This document shows, piece after piece, positions 25,694-35,709 of a stretch of DNA of 64,000 nucleotides. Where the stretch lies: NCBI GenBank assembly GCA_944376205.1, contig CALWBV010000003.1:24059-88058 (forward strand). The letters are read 5' to 3'. This DNA comes from an uncultured Christensenellaceae bacterium. Lineage in GTDB: Bacteria; Bacillota; Clostridia; Christensenellales; UBA3700. The notes under the pieces are model-generated. The model was not told the origin of the DNA, made no database searches, and saw only the letters and a program-made list of their open reading frames with translations. The first letter of the stretch is position 1; every line of letters begins with the position of its first letter. The position numbers were made by a program, and so were the translations under genes.

Positions 25694-28600
25694 ATGGTAA
25701 AGAGAATTTTCGTTGAGAAAAAAGAGGGTTACAACGTATCGGCAAAGAAGACTACCGCCGATATAAAGAACGTGCTGGGTATCAACGTCGACGAAGTACG
25801 TGAATTTATCAGATACGACATCGAAGATCTCGATGACGAAGTCTATGCAAAGGCAAAGACTACGATTTTCAGCGAACAGCCCGTCGATAATCTTTATGAG
25901 GAGCTGCCCGATCTTAATGGATACAGACTTCTCGTGGTAGAATATCTTCCCGGACAGTACGACCAGAGAGCGGACAGCGCTATGCAGTGCGTTCAGCTTC
26001 TGTCAATGGCAAAACGCCCCCTTATCAAATGTGCTAAACTCTATGCGATAAAAGGCGCAGACGAAAGCGGTTTCGAAAAGATAAAGAAGTATATCATCAA
26101 CCCTGTCGAGAGCAGAGAGGGAAGCATGGATATTCCCGTAACGCTTGCGCAGGAAGTTCAGCTCAATCTGACAGTACCCGTAATCGAGGGCTTTACGGAT
26201 ATGAGCGACGAGGAGATAGCCGCATATCACAAGAAGGTCGGATTTGCAATGAGCAAAGAGGACTTGGCTTTTGTAAGAGACTATTTCAAGGGCGAAAAGC
26301 GTAATCCTACCGAAAGCGAAATCAAGGTTATCGACACGTATTGGTCGGACCATTGCAGACACACTACTTTTGCTACCGAGCTTACCGACATCAAAATCGA
26401 CAGCAACAACCCTCACGTAGAAAAGGCACTCGGTCTTTACCGTGATTTGTACAAAGAATTCAATTCGAAGAGAGAGGACAAGTATCCTTGTCTTATGGAT
26501 ATTGCCACGATTGCCGTCAAGAAACTCAAAAAAGAGGGCAAACTCGACAATCTCGACGTAAGCGACGAAATCAATGCTTGTTCAGTCGAAGTGGATGTCG
26601 ACAATGACGGAAAGATTGAAAAGTGGCTGATAATGTTCAAAAACGAAACTCACAACCATCCTACCGAAATCGAACCTTTCGGCGGTGCGGCTACGTGTCT
26701 CGGCGGAGCTATCAGAGATCCGTTGTCGGGAAGAACTTACGTATATCAGGCAATGAGAGTTACGGGAAGCGGCGACCCCACGCAGGACATATCCACCACT
26801 CTCAAAGGCAAACTTCCTCAAAGAGTTATCACAAAGACGGCTGCGGCAGGATATTCCAGCTACGGCAACCAGATAGGACTTTCCACCGGTTTGGTAGCCG
26901 AGATGTATCATGAAAATTACCGTGCAAAGCGTCTCGAGACGGGTTACGTAATCGCAGGCGCACCCAAAGAAAACGTCGTAAGAAGAAAACCCGTTGAGGG
27001 CGATATCATCGTACTTTTGGGCGGCGAAACGGGCAGAGACGGTTGCGGGGGCGCAACGGGTTCGTCAAAGGCTCATACCGAAAAATCCGTTGAAGTCTGC
27101 GGAGCAGAAGTACAAAAGGGTAATCCTCCAACGGAGAGAAAGATACAGAGACTTTTCAGAAACAAAGAAGTTGCTCAACTTATCGTAAAGTGTAACGACT
27201 TCGGTGCCGGCGGCGTAAGCGTAGCAATCGGCGAGCTTGCCGACAGTCTCGATATCTATCTTGACAAAGTACCCAAAAAGTACGAGGGATTGAGCGGTAC
27301 CGAACTTGCAATAAGCGAGTCACAGGAAAGAATGGCAGTCGTTCTCGACAAAAACGACGTCGATAAGTTTATAGAATTTGCCGCAAAGGAAAACTTGCAG
27401 GCAACGGCTGTTGCGGAGGTTACCGACAACGGCAGAATGAGAATGTTCTATGCAGGCAACGTAATAGTTGACCTCAAGAGAAAATTCCTCGACACCAACG
27501 GCGTAAAACAAAAACAAAAGGCTCACGTCGAAGACAACGTAAGCGACTACATGGATAAGATCGACGAGAAGACAGAAGAATTCTTTGACAACGGCGACTT
27601 TGACAAAGCCGTACTCAACGAACTCTCTCGTCTCAACGTTTGCTCTACAAAGGGCTTGGGCGAAATGTTCGACGGCACTATCGGCGCTGCAAGCATACTC
27701 ATGCCTTTCGGAGGCAAATATCAGCTTACTCCCGCAATAGCAATGGCAAGCAAGCCTCCTACAAGCGGATATACAGATACGGCTACAGTCTCCACATACG
27801 GTTGTTCGCCTCAACTCATGACGTCTTCTCCTTTTACGGGAGCAATATATTCTATATTGTTGTCTCTCTCCAAGCAAGTTGCTTGCGGTATAGACGTAAA
27901 TACCGTAAGACTTTCTTTGCAGGAGTATTTCAAGCGCCTCAATCAGGACGCTGACAGATGGGGACAGCCTCTTGCCGCACTTCTCGGCGCACTCTATGCG
28001 CAAATAGGATTCGGTGTCGGCGCAATAGGCGGTAAGGACAGTATGAGCGGAACATTCGAACATATCGACGTACCTCCCACACTCATATCCTTTGCTATGG
28101 GTATCGGCAAGGCTTCCAAGATAATTACCAATACTTTCGACTATAAGTCGGGAGCAAAGAATATATGGCACGTAGCTATCCCCAAGGACGAATACGGTAT
28201 TCCCGATTTTGCAAAGACTCTCGAACTTTACAAAGCAATGGCAGAGGAGTGTGCAAACGGAAACGTCAAGGCTGTCAACGTGGTTGAAGAAGGCGGCGTT
28301 GTCGCAAGCGTATTCAAGGCATGTATGGGTAATAAAGAGGGCACGACTTGGAACGAACTTTCCGAAGACATGTTTGCGCCTTCGTTCGGCGATTTTGCAG
28401 TGCTGGCAGACGATATCGGCAAACTCAAAGAGTTTGAACCCCGGCTTGTAGCTGTACTCAACGGTACTCATACGGCGGACATTTGCGGGAAGGAACTCAA
28501 AATGGACAATGCCGCAAAAGCGTTTGAGGGAACTCTCGAGAGCGTATTCCCCACGACGGCACCCGCAAGCGGAGAAGTGCAAAACCTCATATTCTGTGCA

Positions 28601-29431
28601 AGAAAACAACCTCACGTTGAGCGCAACATAGTTAAACCGCAGGTATTTATTCCCGTATTCCCCGGAACAAACTGCGAATACGATACTGCCAGAGCGTTTG
28701 AAAGAGCGGGAGCAAAAGCGAATATTCTCGTAATCAAAAACCGTTCGCCTAAAGATATCGAGGAGAGTGCAAAGGAAATTGTAAAGGCACTTTCGCAAAG
28801 TCAGATTATCGCATTCCCCGGCGGTTTCAGCGGCGGCGACGAGCCTGACGGCAGCGGTAAATTTATAGCTACGACCTTCAAAAATCCCCGCATCGCAGAA
28901 GCGGTTATGGAGCTTCTCTATAAGAGAGACGGTCTCGCACTCGGTATTTGCAACGGTTTCCAGGCACTTATCAAACTCGGCCTCGTACCTTACGGCGATA
29001 TAAGAGAACAAACTCCAGAAGCGCCTACGCTTACATTCAACAACATATCCCGTCACGTTTCTACGATGGTCAACATAAGAATCGCTACCAACAAGTCACC
29101 TTGGCTCAACAAAGTCCATGTTGACGACGTATTCACCGTACCCGTAAGTCACGGTGAGGGAAGATTCGTTGCAAGCAAAGAAGAACTCGACAAGATCATC
29201 AAGAACGGTCAGGTTGCTACCCAGTACGTCGATATGACGAGAAATGCGACAATGCTTTCTCCTTTCAATCCCAACGGAAGTATGTACGCTATCGAAGGCA
29301 TCATCTCTCCCGACGGCAGAGTACTCGGCAAGATGGGTCACAGCGAACGTTTTGACAAGGATCTTTACAAGAACGTCGAGGGTAACTACGATATGAAGCT
29401 GTTTGAAAGCGGAGTAGAATACTTCAAATAA
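25694..29431 (+). CDS. purL: single-chain (large) FGAM synthase
   Basis: 1245 aa. ETHNHPTEIEPFGGAATCLGG synthetase core plus a C-terminal glutaminase domain (GICNGFQAL, SHGEGRF). Confidence 0.95.
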   Translation: MVKRIFVEKKEGYNVSAKKTTADIKNVLGINVDEVREFIRYDIEDLDDEVYAKAKTTIFSEQPVDNLYEELPDLNGYRLLVVEYLPGQYDQRADSAMQCVQLLSMAKRPLIKCAKLYAIKGADESGFEKIKKYIINPVESREGSMDIPVTLAQEVQLNLTVPVIEGFTDMSDEEIAAYHKKVGFAMSKEDLAFVRDYFKGEKRNPTESEIKVIDTYWSDHCRHTTFATELTDIKIDSNNPHVEKALGLYRDLYKEFNSKREDKYPCLMDIATIAVKKLKKEGKLDNLDVSDEINACSVEVDVDNDGKIEKWLIMFKNETHNHPTEIEPFGGAATCLGGAIRDPLSGRTYVYQAMRVTGSGDPTQDISTTLKGKLPQRVITKTAAAGYSSYGNQIGLSTGLVAEMYHENYRAKRLETGYVIAGAPKENVVRRKPVEGDIIVLLGGETGRDGCGGATGSSKAHTEKSVEVCGAEVQKGNPPTERKIQRLFRNKEVAQLIVKCNDFGAGGVSVAIGELADSLDIYLDKVPKKYEGLSGTELAISESQERMAVVLDKNDVDKFIEFAAKENLQATAVAEVTDNGRMRMFYAGNVIVDLKRKFLDTNGVKQKQKAHVEDNVSDYMDKIDEKTEEFFDNGDFDKAVLNELSRLNVCSTKGLGEMFDGTIGAASILMPFGGKYQLTPAIAMASKPPTSGYTDTATVSTYGCSPQLMTSSPFTGAIYSILLSLSKQVACGIDVNTVRLSLQEYFKRLNQDADRWGQPLAALLGALYAQIGFGVGAIGGKDSMSGTFEHIDVPPTLISFAMGIGKASKIITNTFDYKSGAKNIWHVAIPKDEYGIPDFAKTLELYKAMAEECANGNVKAVNVVEEGGVVASVFKACMGNKEGTTWNELSEDMFAPSFGDFAVLADDIGKLKEFEPRLVAVLNGTHTADICGKELKMDNAAKAFEGTLESVFPTTAPASGEVQNLIFCARKQPHVERNIVKPQVFIPVFPGTNCEYDTARAFERAGAKANILVIKNRSPKDIEESAKEIVKALSQSQIIAFPGGFSGGDEPDGSGKFIATTFKNPRIAEAVMELLYKRDGLALGICNGFQALIKLGLVPYGDIREQTPEAPTLTFNNISRHVSTMVNIRIATNKSPWLNKVHVDDVFTVPVSHGEGRFVASKEELDKIIKNGQVATQYVDMTRNATMLSPFNPNGSMYAIEGIISPDGRVLGKMGHSERFDKDLYKNVEGNYDMKLFESGVEYFK

Positions 29432-29476
29432 GAATACAGTCAATTAAGGCGATATTCTCAATCGGTCACGACTTAA

Positions 29477-29499
29477 AAGCCCGACTTATGTCGGGCTTT
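29477..29499 (+). terminator. probable terminator of the pur operon (short U-tract)
   Basis: aagcccgac-ttat-gtcgggctt, followed only by tta. Confidence 0.55.
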
Positions 29500-29630
29500 A
29501 TCAAACATAAAGCACACAATAGCATATTGAGATTAAAGATATTTTGTGATATAATCTTTTCAGAAGACATAAAAGCGCATTATCTCAATAAAAATTCACA
29601 CGGTATCATACCGTAATAAAAGGCGGATAT

Positions 29631-31625
29631 ATGGCATTTTTACCTATTACGAGAGAAGAAGTTCAGGGAAGACAAGTCGACGTAGTGTACGTCATAGGCG
29701 AAGCCTATGTCGATCATCCTTCTTTCGGACACGCAATCGTGTCTCGTCTTTTGCAATCTCTCGGAGTGGACGTGGCTATCGTGGCGCAACCGCAAAACGA
29801 TGACGACTATAAGCGTTTCGGAGTACCCAAATACGGCTTTATGGTATCGGGCGGCGTTGTCGACAGTATGGTCAACAACTATACTGTTGCAAAAATCAGA
29901 CGTACGAGAGACGTTTACAGTGAGGGAGGCAAGACAGGTATGCGTCCCGACAGATGCGTGGACGTTTACTGTAACAATCTCAAAAGGCTTTTCCCTCAAT
30001 CTCCCGTAGTAATAGGAGGTATCGAAGCGTCACTTCGCAGATTTGCGCATTACGACTACTGGAAAGATTGCGTACTGCCGAGCATTTTAGTATCATCAAA
30101 AGCCGATTTGCTCATCTACGGTATGGGCGAAAAACCTATAAAGGAGATTTTCCGTCTTGCTCAAAAGGGCGTGCCTCTCGACAAGATAAGAGACGTCAGA
30201 GGTACGTGTTATCTGGAGACTTTCGACAAGCTGTCTCAAAAACTCAAAAACGATATTCAAGAACATAAAGCCGACTTTTGTCCTTCTTTCGAGAACGTCA
30301 GAGACGACAAAATGCAATACGTGCATGCTTTTAAGATGCAATATGCCAACAATGACCCTTATTACGGCAAAACTTTGCTTCAGAAGCACGGCGACAAATA
30401 CCTTGTGCAAAATCCTATGCAATATCCTCTTACCGTAAAAGAGATGGACGAGGTGTACGATTTACCTTACGAGAGGACATATCACCCCGTATATAAAGAT
30501 GGTGTGCCTGCGATAGAAGAAGTAAAGTATTCTTTGACTTCGGTCAGAGGTTGTTTCGGGGCGTGCAATTATTGCGCAATAGCTTTTCATCAGGGAAGAA
30601 TAGTACAAAAACGGAGCAAGGAAAATATAGTCAAAGAAGCGCAAATCTTTGTCAAAGACAAAGACTTCAAGGGATATATACACGATGTGGGCGGACCTAC
30701 GGCAAACTTCCGCAATCCTGCGTGCGCAAAGCAGATAGGAAAGGGAATATGTAAAGACAAGCAGTGTATAGGATACAGACCGTGTCCAGCAATGCAGATT
30801 GACCACAGCGAATATCTCGATCTTCTCAAAACATTGAGAGAACTCGAGGGCATCAAAAAAGTTTTTGTGCGTTCGGGAATACGTTTTGACTACGTCTTGT
30901 ATGACAAAAACGACGAATTTTTAAGAGAACTTATCAAACATCACGTCAGCGGTCAGCTGAAAGTTGCGCCCGAACACGTATCCGACAACGTGCTGGAAAA
31001 TATGAATAAGCCGCCGTTTGACGTCTATTTGAGATTTAAGGAAAAGTTTGATGCCATAAACAAAAAATTGGGTAAAAAACAGTACCTTGTACCTTATCTT
31101 ATATCTTCGCATCCGGGATGCACGCTCAAAGACGCAATAAGACTTGCGCTATATCTCAAATCGATAGGATATATGCCTGAACAGGTGCAGGATTTTTATC
31201 CTACGCCGTCCACAAAATCGACTTGCATGTACTATACAGGCATAAATCCCGACACGATGAAAGAAGTTTACGTTGCGAGAAGCAAGCATGAAAAAGCTAT
31301 GCAAAGAGCGCTTATGCAGTATCGCAAAAAGACAAACTATCAAATTGTGGCAGAGGCGCTCAAAGAGGCAGGAAGAGAGGATTTGATAGGCTTTGACGAA
31401 CATTGTCTCATCCGTCCTACCAAAGAACTGGCTGTCGAGAGGGCGGCTGACAGAAAAGCGCATGAGAATTCGGGTAAGTCAGGTAAATCCGTAAAAGCCG
31501 CAAAAGCGATAAAATCTGCCGTCTCTAAAAAAGATAAAGCAGCAAAAACACATTCCGAATACACTAAATCCGCCAATTCGTCTTGGCAACGCCAAGCTGT
31601 CAAAAAGGGCAAGCACAGAGCATAA
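29631..31625 (+). CDS. ygiQ: YgiQ-family (UPF0313) radical SAM protein with a Lys/Ala-rich tail
   Basis: N-terminal AYVDHPSFGHAIVSRLL domain and the radical-SAM triad CFGACNYC. 664 aa, with a basic tail in the last 60 or so residues. Confidence 0.85.
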   Translation: MAFLPITREEVQGRQVDVVYVIGEAYVDHPSFGHAIVSRLLQSLGVDVAIVAQPQNDDDYKRFGVPKYGFMVSGGVVDSMVNNYTVAKIRRTRDVYSEGGKTGMRPDRCVDVYCNNLKRLFPQSPVVIGGIEASLRRFAHYDYWKDCVLPSILVSSKADLLIYGMGEKPIKEIFRLAQKGVPLDKIRDVRGTCYLETFDKLSQKLKNDIQEHKADFCPSFENVRDDKMQYVHAFKMQYANNDPYYGKTLLQKHGDKYLVQNPMQYPLTVKEMDEVYDLPYERTYHPVYKDGVPAIEEVKYSLTSVRGCFGACNYCAIAFHQGRIVQKRSKENIVKEAQIFVKDKDFKGYIHDVGGPTANFRNPACAKQIGKGICKDKQCIGYRPCPAMQIDHSEYLDLLKTLRELEGIKKVFVRSGIRFDYVLYDKNDEFLRELIKHHVSGQLKVAPEHVSDNVLENMNKPPFDVYLRFKEKFDAINKKLGKKQYLVPYLISSHPGCTLKDAIRLALYLKSIGYMPEQVQDFYPTPSTKSTCMYYTGINPDTMKEVYVARSKHEKAMQRALMQYRKKTNYQIVAEALKEAGREDLIGFDEHCLIRPTKELAVERAADRKAHENSGKSGKSVKAAKAIKSAVSKKDKAAKTHSEYTKSANSSWQRQAVKKGKHRA

Positions 31626-31646
31626 TCTTTATATCACGGAGGCACT

Positions 31647-32273
31647 ATGGCAAAACTCACCGACATCACGCTTCAGTCAAAGAATATCGACAGAGTAAAT
31701 CTTTTTGTCGACGGCAAATTCTATGCTGGCGTAAGTCGTATTGCCGTATATAATCATAAACTTACCGTGGGCATGGAGATTGACGAAAAGACTCTCGACA
31801 AGGTTATTTTCGACAGCGACAAGGATAAGGCTTTCGATTATGCTTTGACTTATATCGCACGATACACTCCCACTGCAAAGATACTCACGGGAAAACTCTA
31901 TGACAAAGGGTACGGAAAACTCGTCGTAGACTATACGGTTGACAAGTGCAAGAAGTACGGCTATATCGACGACGGAGAGTATGCTAGGTCATACGTTGCG
32001 CTCAACAGTGCGGTCAAGGGTAAAAACCGTCTTCGTGCCGAACTCAAAGCAAAGGGTATAGAAGATGCGCTTATAGACAAAGCGCTCGAGGGACTGAAAC
32101 AAACGGCTTCATGCAGCGAAGTTGCAAAAAAACACAGCAAAAACCAAGACGTCCACGACCCCAAGTACAGAGCAAAACTCATAAGGTTTTTGCAATACAG
32201 AGGTTATGAATGGGAAGACATAAGTCAGGCGCTTGCATTACTGAAAATCGTTGACGACAGCTTCGGCGATTGA
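31647..32273 (+). CDS. recX: RecA regulator RecX
   Basis: 208 aa of three-helix repeats; ..KLIRFLQYRGYEWEDISQAL.. is a typical RecX repeat. Confidence 0.7.
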   Translation: MAKLTDITLQSKNIDRVNLFVDGKFYAGVSRIAVYNHKLTVGMEIDEKTLDKVIFDSDKDKAFDYALTYIARYTPTAKILTGKLYDKGYGKLVVDYTVDKCKKYGYIDDGEYARSYVALNSAVKGKNRLRAELKAKGIEDALIDKALEGLKQTASCSEVAKKHSKNQDVHDPKYRAKLIRFLQYRGYEWEDISQALALLKIVDDSFGD

Positions 32274-32387
32274 CGTGCATAAGCGATTATGCGGTCAAAG
32301 ATTGATTAAAGACAATAAACCGTTATAAATTCTGACAACACTTATACAATGTTTACTTGATGCGATAAAGAGAGGAGACGTGCACAG

Positions 32388-33866
32388 ATGTTGAACGTAT
32401 TGAAAGCAAAGACAATGGCAGAATGCGACAGAGCAACGATAGAGAGCGGCACGCCCTCGGTTCTTCTTATGCAAAGAGCGGCTCAAAGCATTTATGACAG
32501 TCACGAGTTCAAAGGAAAAGTATATATCGTTTGCGGCAAAGGCAACAACGGCGGAGACGGAGTAGCTTTAGCGGATATCATGACTGACAAGGGGCTTAAG
32601 CCATACGTATTTTTTATTGATAAAAACGTATCCGAGGATTCGTGCTATTTTTACGAAAGACTGAAAAGCAAAGGATACGACAGAATATACGGTATAAGCG
32701 AATGCGATTATAATGCGGATATTATAGTTGACTGTATTTTCGGTACGGGCTTCAAGGGTGTGCCATGCGGAATTTACGCACAAGTAATAGATAATATCAA
32801 TAAGTCGTCCGCATACAAGATTGCAGCAGACATTCCCAGCGGACTCAACGCAGACAACGGACTTTTTGAACTGTGCGTAAAAGCAGATAAGACCGTATCT
32901 ATGCAATTTGCAAAGAGCGGACATTTTCTCAATGACGGCAAGGACATGACGGGAGAATTGATAATTGCCGATATAGGGATATCTCTTTGCAAAGAGGATT
33001 ACAAACTTATCCAGAGAAGCGACGTTGCAAAACTGTTTCCCTTGCGTAAATCAAATACGCATAAGGGAAGTTACGGCAAAAGCGCACTGATAGGCGGTTG
33101 TACTAATTATGCGGGGGCACTTAAACTCGCAAATACGGGGTTATGCGCTTTAAGAAGCGGCGGCGGACTGAATATGCTCATTGTTCCCGAGAGTCTTGCC
33201 AATGTATATGCGCAAGCGGTGTGTGAAAGTACGATTTATCCGATGACAGATAAAAACGGCTATATGCTTTTCGATAAAGAAAAGTTGGACGTTGCGCTCA
33301 AAGGAGTAGATTGTCTTGCGATAGGTATGGGCATAGGTGCAGATTACGGTGAAAACATTAAGATTGTCGAGTATATTCTCAAAAATTACGCTATAAAAGT
33401 GCTTATCGACGCTGACGGTCTCAATTCACTTGCACTCGATACAGATATTCTTAAGGACAAAAAAAGCGAAGTCGTACTTACTCCGCACGTAAAAGAGATG
33501 TCGAGACTTTGCAAAAAGGAAGTCAAAGAAATACTGGCCGATCCGATAGGCGTAGCAAAGGAATTTGCTGAAGAATACGGCGTAACAGTCTTACTTAAAG
33601 GGGCAACAAGCGTAATTACAGACGGAGAAGAAGCATTTTTAGTGGCAAACGGCGGTCCCGAGTTGTCAAAAGGCGGCAGCGGAGACACTTTGAGCGGAGT
33701 CATAACAGGACTTTTGAGTCAGGGTTTTACGCCTGTGCAAAGTGCATATACGGGAGCATATATTACGGCTTATGCCGCACATAAACTCGCTCAAGATTAT
33801 TCGCAGTACGGAGTTTTACCCAGCGACGTTGCAAGGAGTATAGCCGAAATAATAAAGGACATATAA
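32388..33866 (+). CDS. nnr: bifunctional NAD(P)H-hydrate epimerase/dehydratase
   Basis: YjeF-N motif CGKGNNGGDG and the C-terminal carbohydrate-kinase motif GGSGDTLSG. Confidence 0.9.
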   Translation: MLNVLKAKTMAECDRATIESGTPSVLLMQRAAQSIYDSHEFKGKVYIVCGKGNNGGDGVALADIMTDKGLKPYVFFIDKNVSEDSCYFYERLKSKGYDRIYGISECDYNADIIVDCIFGTGFKGVPCGIYAQVIDNINKSSAYKIAADIPSGLNADNGLFELCVKADKTVSMQFAKSGHFLNDGKDMTGELIIADIGISLCKEDYKLIQRSDVAKLFPLRKSNTHKGSYGKSALIGGCTNYAGALKLANTGLCALRSGGGLNMLIVPESLANVYAQAVCESTIYPMTDKNGYMLFDKEKLDVALKGVDCLAIGMGIGADYGENIKIVEYILKNYAIKVLIDADGLNSLALDTDILKDKKSEVVLTPHVKEMSRLCKKEVKEILADPIGVAKEFAEEYGVTVLLKGATSVITDGEEAFLVANGGPELSKGGSGDTLSGVITGLLSQGFTPVQSAYTGAYITAYAAHKLAQDYSQYGVLPSDVARSIAEIIKDI

Positions 33867-33905
33867 ATCAGAAAAAAAACGATAATAACAATAAGGAGAC
33901 GGACA

Positions 33906-34541
33906 ATGAAAGTTTTGCTTATCAACGGAAGCGCCAAACCTCAAGGTTGCACGGCAAGAGCTTTGCAGGAAGTGGTATGTATTCTTGAGGAAAAAGGAGT
34001 CGAATACGAAGTAATAAATATAGGCGGAGCTGCGGTGAGAGATTGTATAGGTTGCAATAAATGTGCCGCCGTGCTTAAAAACAATACATGCATATTTGAT
34101 GACGATATAGTCAATACGCTGATTGCAAAAGCAAAGGAATGCGACGGATTCGTATTCGGTACTCCTGTGTATTATGCGCATCCCAGCGGCAGAGTTTTGT
34201 CTCTTCTCGACAGAATGTTTTATGCGGGCGGCAGGGTATTTAAGCATAAACCCGCTTTTGCCGTTGTGAGCGCAAGAAGAGCAGGAACATCTGCTTCGTT
34301 GGACGTTCTTAACAAATATTTCACCATAGCGCAGATGCCTGTCGCTTCATCGAGTTATTGGACAATGGTACACGGTAATACTCCGCAGGAAGTCGAGGAA
34401 GACAAAGAAGGACTCATGACATTGCGCAACGCCGCACGCAATCTTGTATGGCTTATGGAGTGTATCGGTGCAGGTAAGGAAAAGGGTATTGAGCCGCCTA
34501 AAAACGAAAGCGGAATCCGTACTAATTTTGTGAGAGCTTAA
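33906..34541 (+). CDS. flavodoxin-fold NADPH-dependent FMN reductase / iron-sulfur flavoprotein family
   Basis: MKVLLINGSAKPQG start, CIGCNKC Cys motif, GFVFGTPVYY flavodoxin-like motif. Confidence 0.75.
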   Translation: MKVLLINGSAKPQGCTARALQEVVCILEEKGVEYEVINIGGAAVRDCIGCNKCAAVLKNNTCIFDDDIVNTLIAKAKECDGFVFGTPVYYAHPSGRVLSLLDRMFYAGGRVFKHKPAFAVVSARRAGTSASLDVLNKYFTIAQMPVASSSYWTMVHGNTPQEVEEDKEGLMTLRNAARNLVWLMECIGAGKEKGIEPPKNESGIRTNFVRA

Positions 34542-34547
34542 GAATGC

Positions 34548-34603
34548 GAGAGCGTAAGAAAGGCTTTTCGCATAAGGTCTAAAGGCAAAATAGGCATATA
34601 TAC
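34548..34603 (-). repeat. repeat A-prime: truncated inverted copy of repeat A
   Basis: gagagcgtaagaaaggcttttcgcataag..gtctaaaggcaaaataggcatatatac aligns to the reverse complement of repeat A with an internal deletion. With A1 it can form a long imperfect hairpin right after the flavoprotein stop. Confidence 0.65.
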
Positions 34604-34617
34604 TTTGTTGAGTGACT

Positions 34618-34731
34618 TGACAATACGGCAAGTATTGCCTGCGTCCCTCGCCTAGTCTATATGCCTATTTTACACTTTAGACTGCTGCGCACCGCAAAGC
34701 GGCTTATGCTCAAAGCCTTTCTTCCGCTCAA
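34618..34731 (+). repeat. repeat A, copy 1 (114 nt)
   Basis: tgacaatacggcaagtattgcctgcgtccctcgcctagtctatatgcctattttacactttagactgctgcgcaccgcaaagcggcttatgctcaaagcctttcttccgctcaa. Confidence 0.9.
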
Positions 34732-34757
34732 GTATAATTTCATGTTGGTAGAATGAG

Positions 34758-34788
34758 CGGCAATCTGCATTATTAAATTGCTTTGCAC
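34758..34788 (-). repeat. repeat C, inverted degenerate copy
   Basis: cggcaatctgcattattaaattgctttgcac resembles the reverse complement of repeat C (cgcaatctgcgtatttttaattgcac). Confidence 0.5.
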
Positions 34789-34850
34789 CGAAGGCGCAAG
34801 TTCAGCGCATTTTTTTTCGCTCAAAAAAGATTTATTTTGGTTGAGAGATA

Positions 34851-34964
34851 TGACAATACGGCAAGTATTGCCTGCGTCCCTCGCCTAGTCTATATGCCTA
34901 TTTTACACTTTAGACTGCTGTGCACCGCAAAGCGGCTTATGCTCAAAACCTTTCTTCCGCTCAA
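34851..34964 (+). repeat. repeat A, copy 2 (114 nt; 2 substitutions versus copy 1; 233-nt period)
   Basis: Same 114-mer as 34618-34731, differing only at c/t (34921) and g/a (34948). Confidence 0.9.
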
Positions 34965-34983
34965 TATGAGATATTTTTTTGTT

Positions 34984-35014
34984 GTGCTGTGCAATTAAAA
35001 ATACGCAGATTGCG
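34984..35014 (+). repeat. repeat C, copy 1 (31 nt)
   Basis: gtgctgtgcaattaaaaatacgcagattgcg. Confidence 0.85.
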
Positions 35015-35212
35015 AGTTTCGCAAAACCATATTGTATAATAAAAAAATCATACCGCCGCTATACAAAGAAGACGGAGCTGTAAACAGGGTGGTTTTTGAT
35101 GATTTGCGTTAAGAAAGAAGAAGATATTTGTAAATTGATAATGCGGTAAGAATAATAATAACAAGATAATACCGTCGAAGAGTGATGGGCACTTGCCTTT
35201 GCAATAGCAATG

Positions 35213-35243
35213 GTGCTGTGCAATTAAAAATACGCAGATTGCG
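35213..35243 (+). repeat. repeat C, copy 2 (31/31 identical)
   Basis: gtgctgtgcaattaaaaatacgcagattgcg, identical to 34984-35014. Confidence 0.85.
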
Positions 35244-35311
35244 TGTAGTTACAAGGAGAAGTGCGCAGATAATACTGGAGGTATTTTCAAGTGCTTCAAC
35301 GCAGTAAATGC

Positions 35312-35340
35312 CGCAATATACGTATTTTTAATCTAGTGCA
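35312..35340 (-). repeat. repeat C, inverted degenerate copy next to the mazF stop
   Basis: cgcaatatacgtatttttaatctagtgca can pair with 35213-35243 to form a stem of about 28 bp around a loop of about 70 nt. Confidence 0.55.
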
Positions 35341-35367
35341 TATCGCTTTTCGGCGGTATAGAAAAAA

Positions 35368-35709
35368 TCAATAAAACCCCAGACTTATCATAAGAGCCTG
35401 ATTAATCTTTTGCATGGTGTCGACGGGTACTTCGCCAATTTTGTCCTTGAGTCTTTGTTTGTCAAGGGTACGGATTTGTTCGAGCAGTACGACGGAATCT
35501 TTTTGAAGTCCGTATTCTTTTGCCGATAGTTCGATATGTGTGGGTAACTTTGCTTTGTTTATTTGGCTTGTTACCGCTGCGGCGATAATGGTAGGACTGT
35601 ATTTGTTGCCGACGTCGTTTTGCACTACCAGTACGGGACGAATACCACCTTGTTCACTGCCTACGACGGGACTGAGGTCCGCATAATACAATTCTCCTCT
35701 TTTTATCAT
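35368..35709 (-). CDS. mazF: MazF/EndoA (PemK-family) mRNA interferase toxin, with no adjacent antitoxin gene
   Basis: [61 protein letters not shown]...[13 protein letters not shown] is collinear with B. subtilis EndoA as I recall it. GGAGA RBS before ATG 35709. The 33-codon upstream extension in the track was rejected. Confidence 0.9.
   Translation of the reverse strand: MIKRGELYYADLSPVVGSEQGGIRPVLVVQNDVGNKYSPTIIAAAVTSQINKAKLPTHIELSAKEYGLQKDSVVLLEQIRTLDKQRLKDKIGEVPVDTMQKINQALMISLGFY

Noticed and set aside
27320-29056. 578-aa ORF antisense to purL
   Set aside because: Same shadow-ORF effect. The purL sense frame carries all the conserved FGAM synthase and glutaminase motifs.
34618-34964. 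CRISPR-like array, from two near-identical direct repeats with a spacer
   Set aside because: The repeat is 114 nt with a 233-nt period and only two copies. There are no cas genes and no leader. The region also contains inverted copies, which CRISPR arrays do not have.
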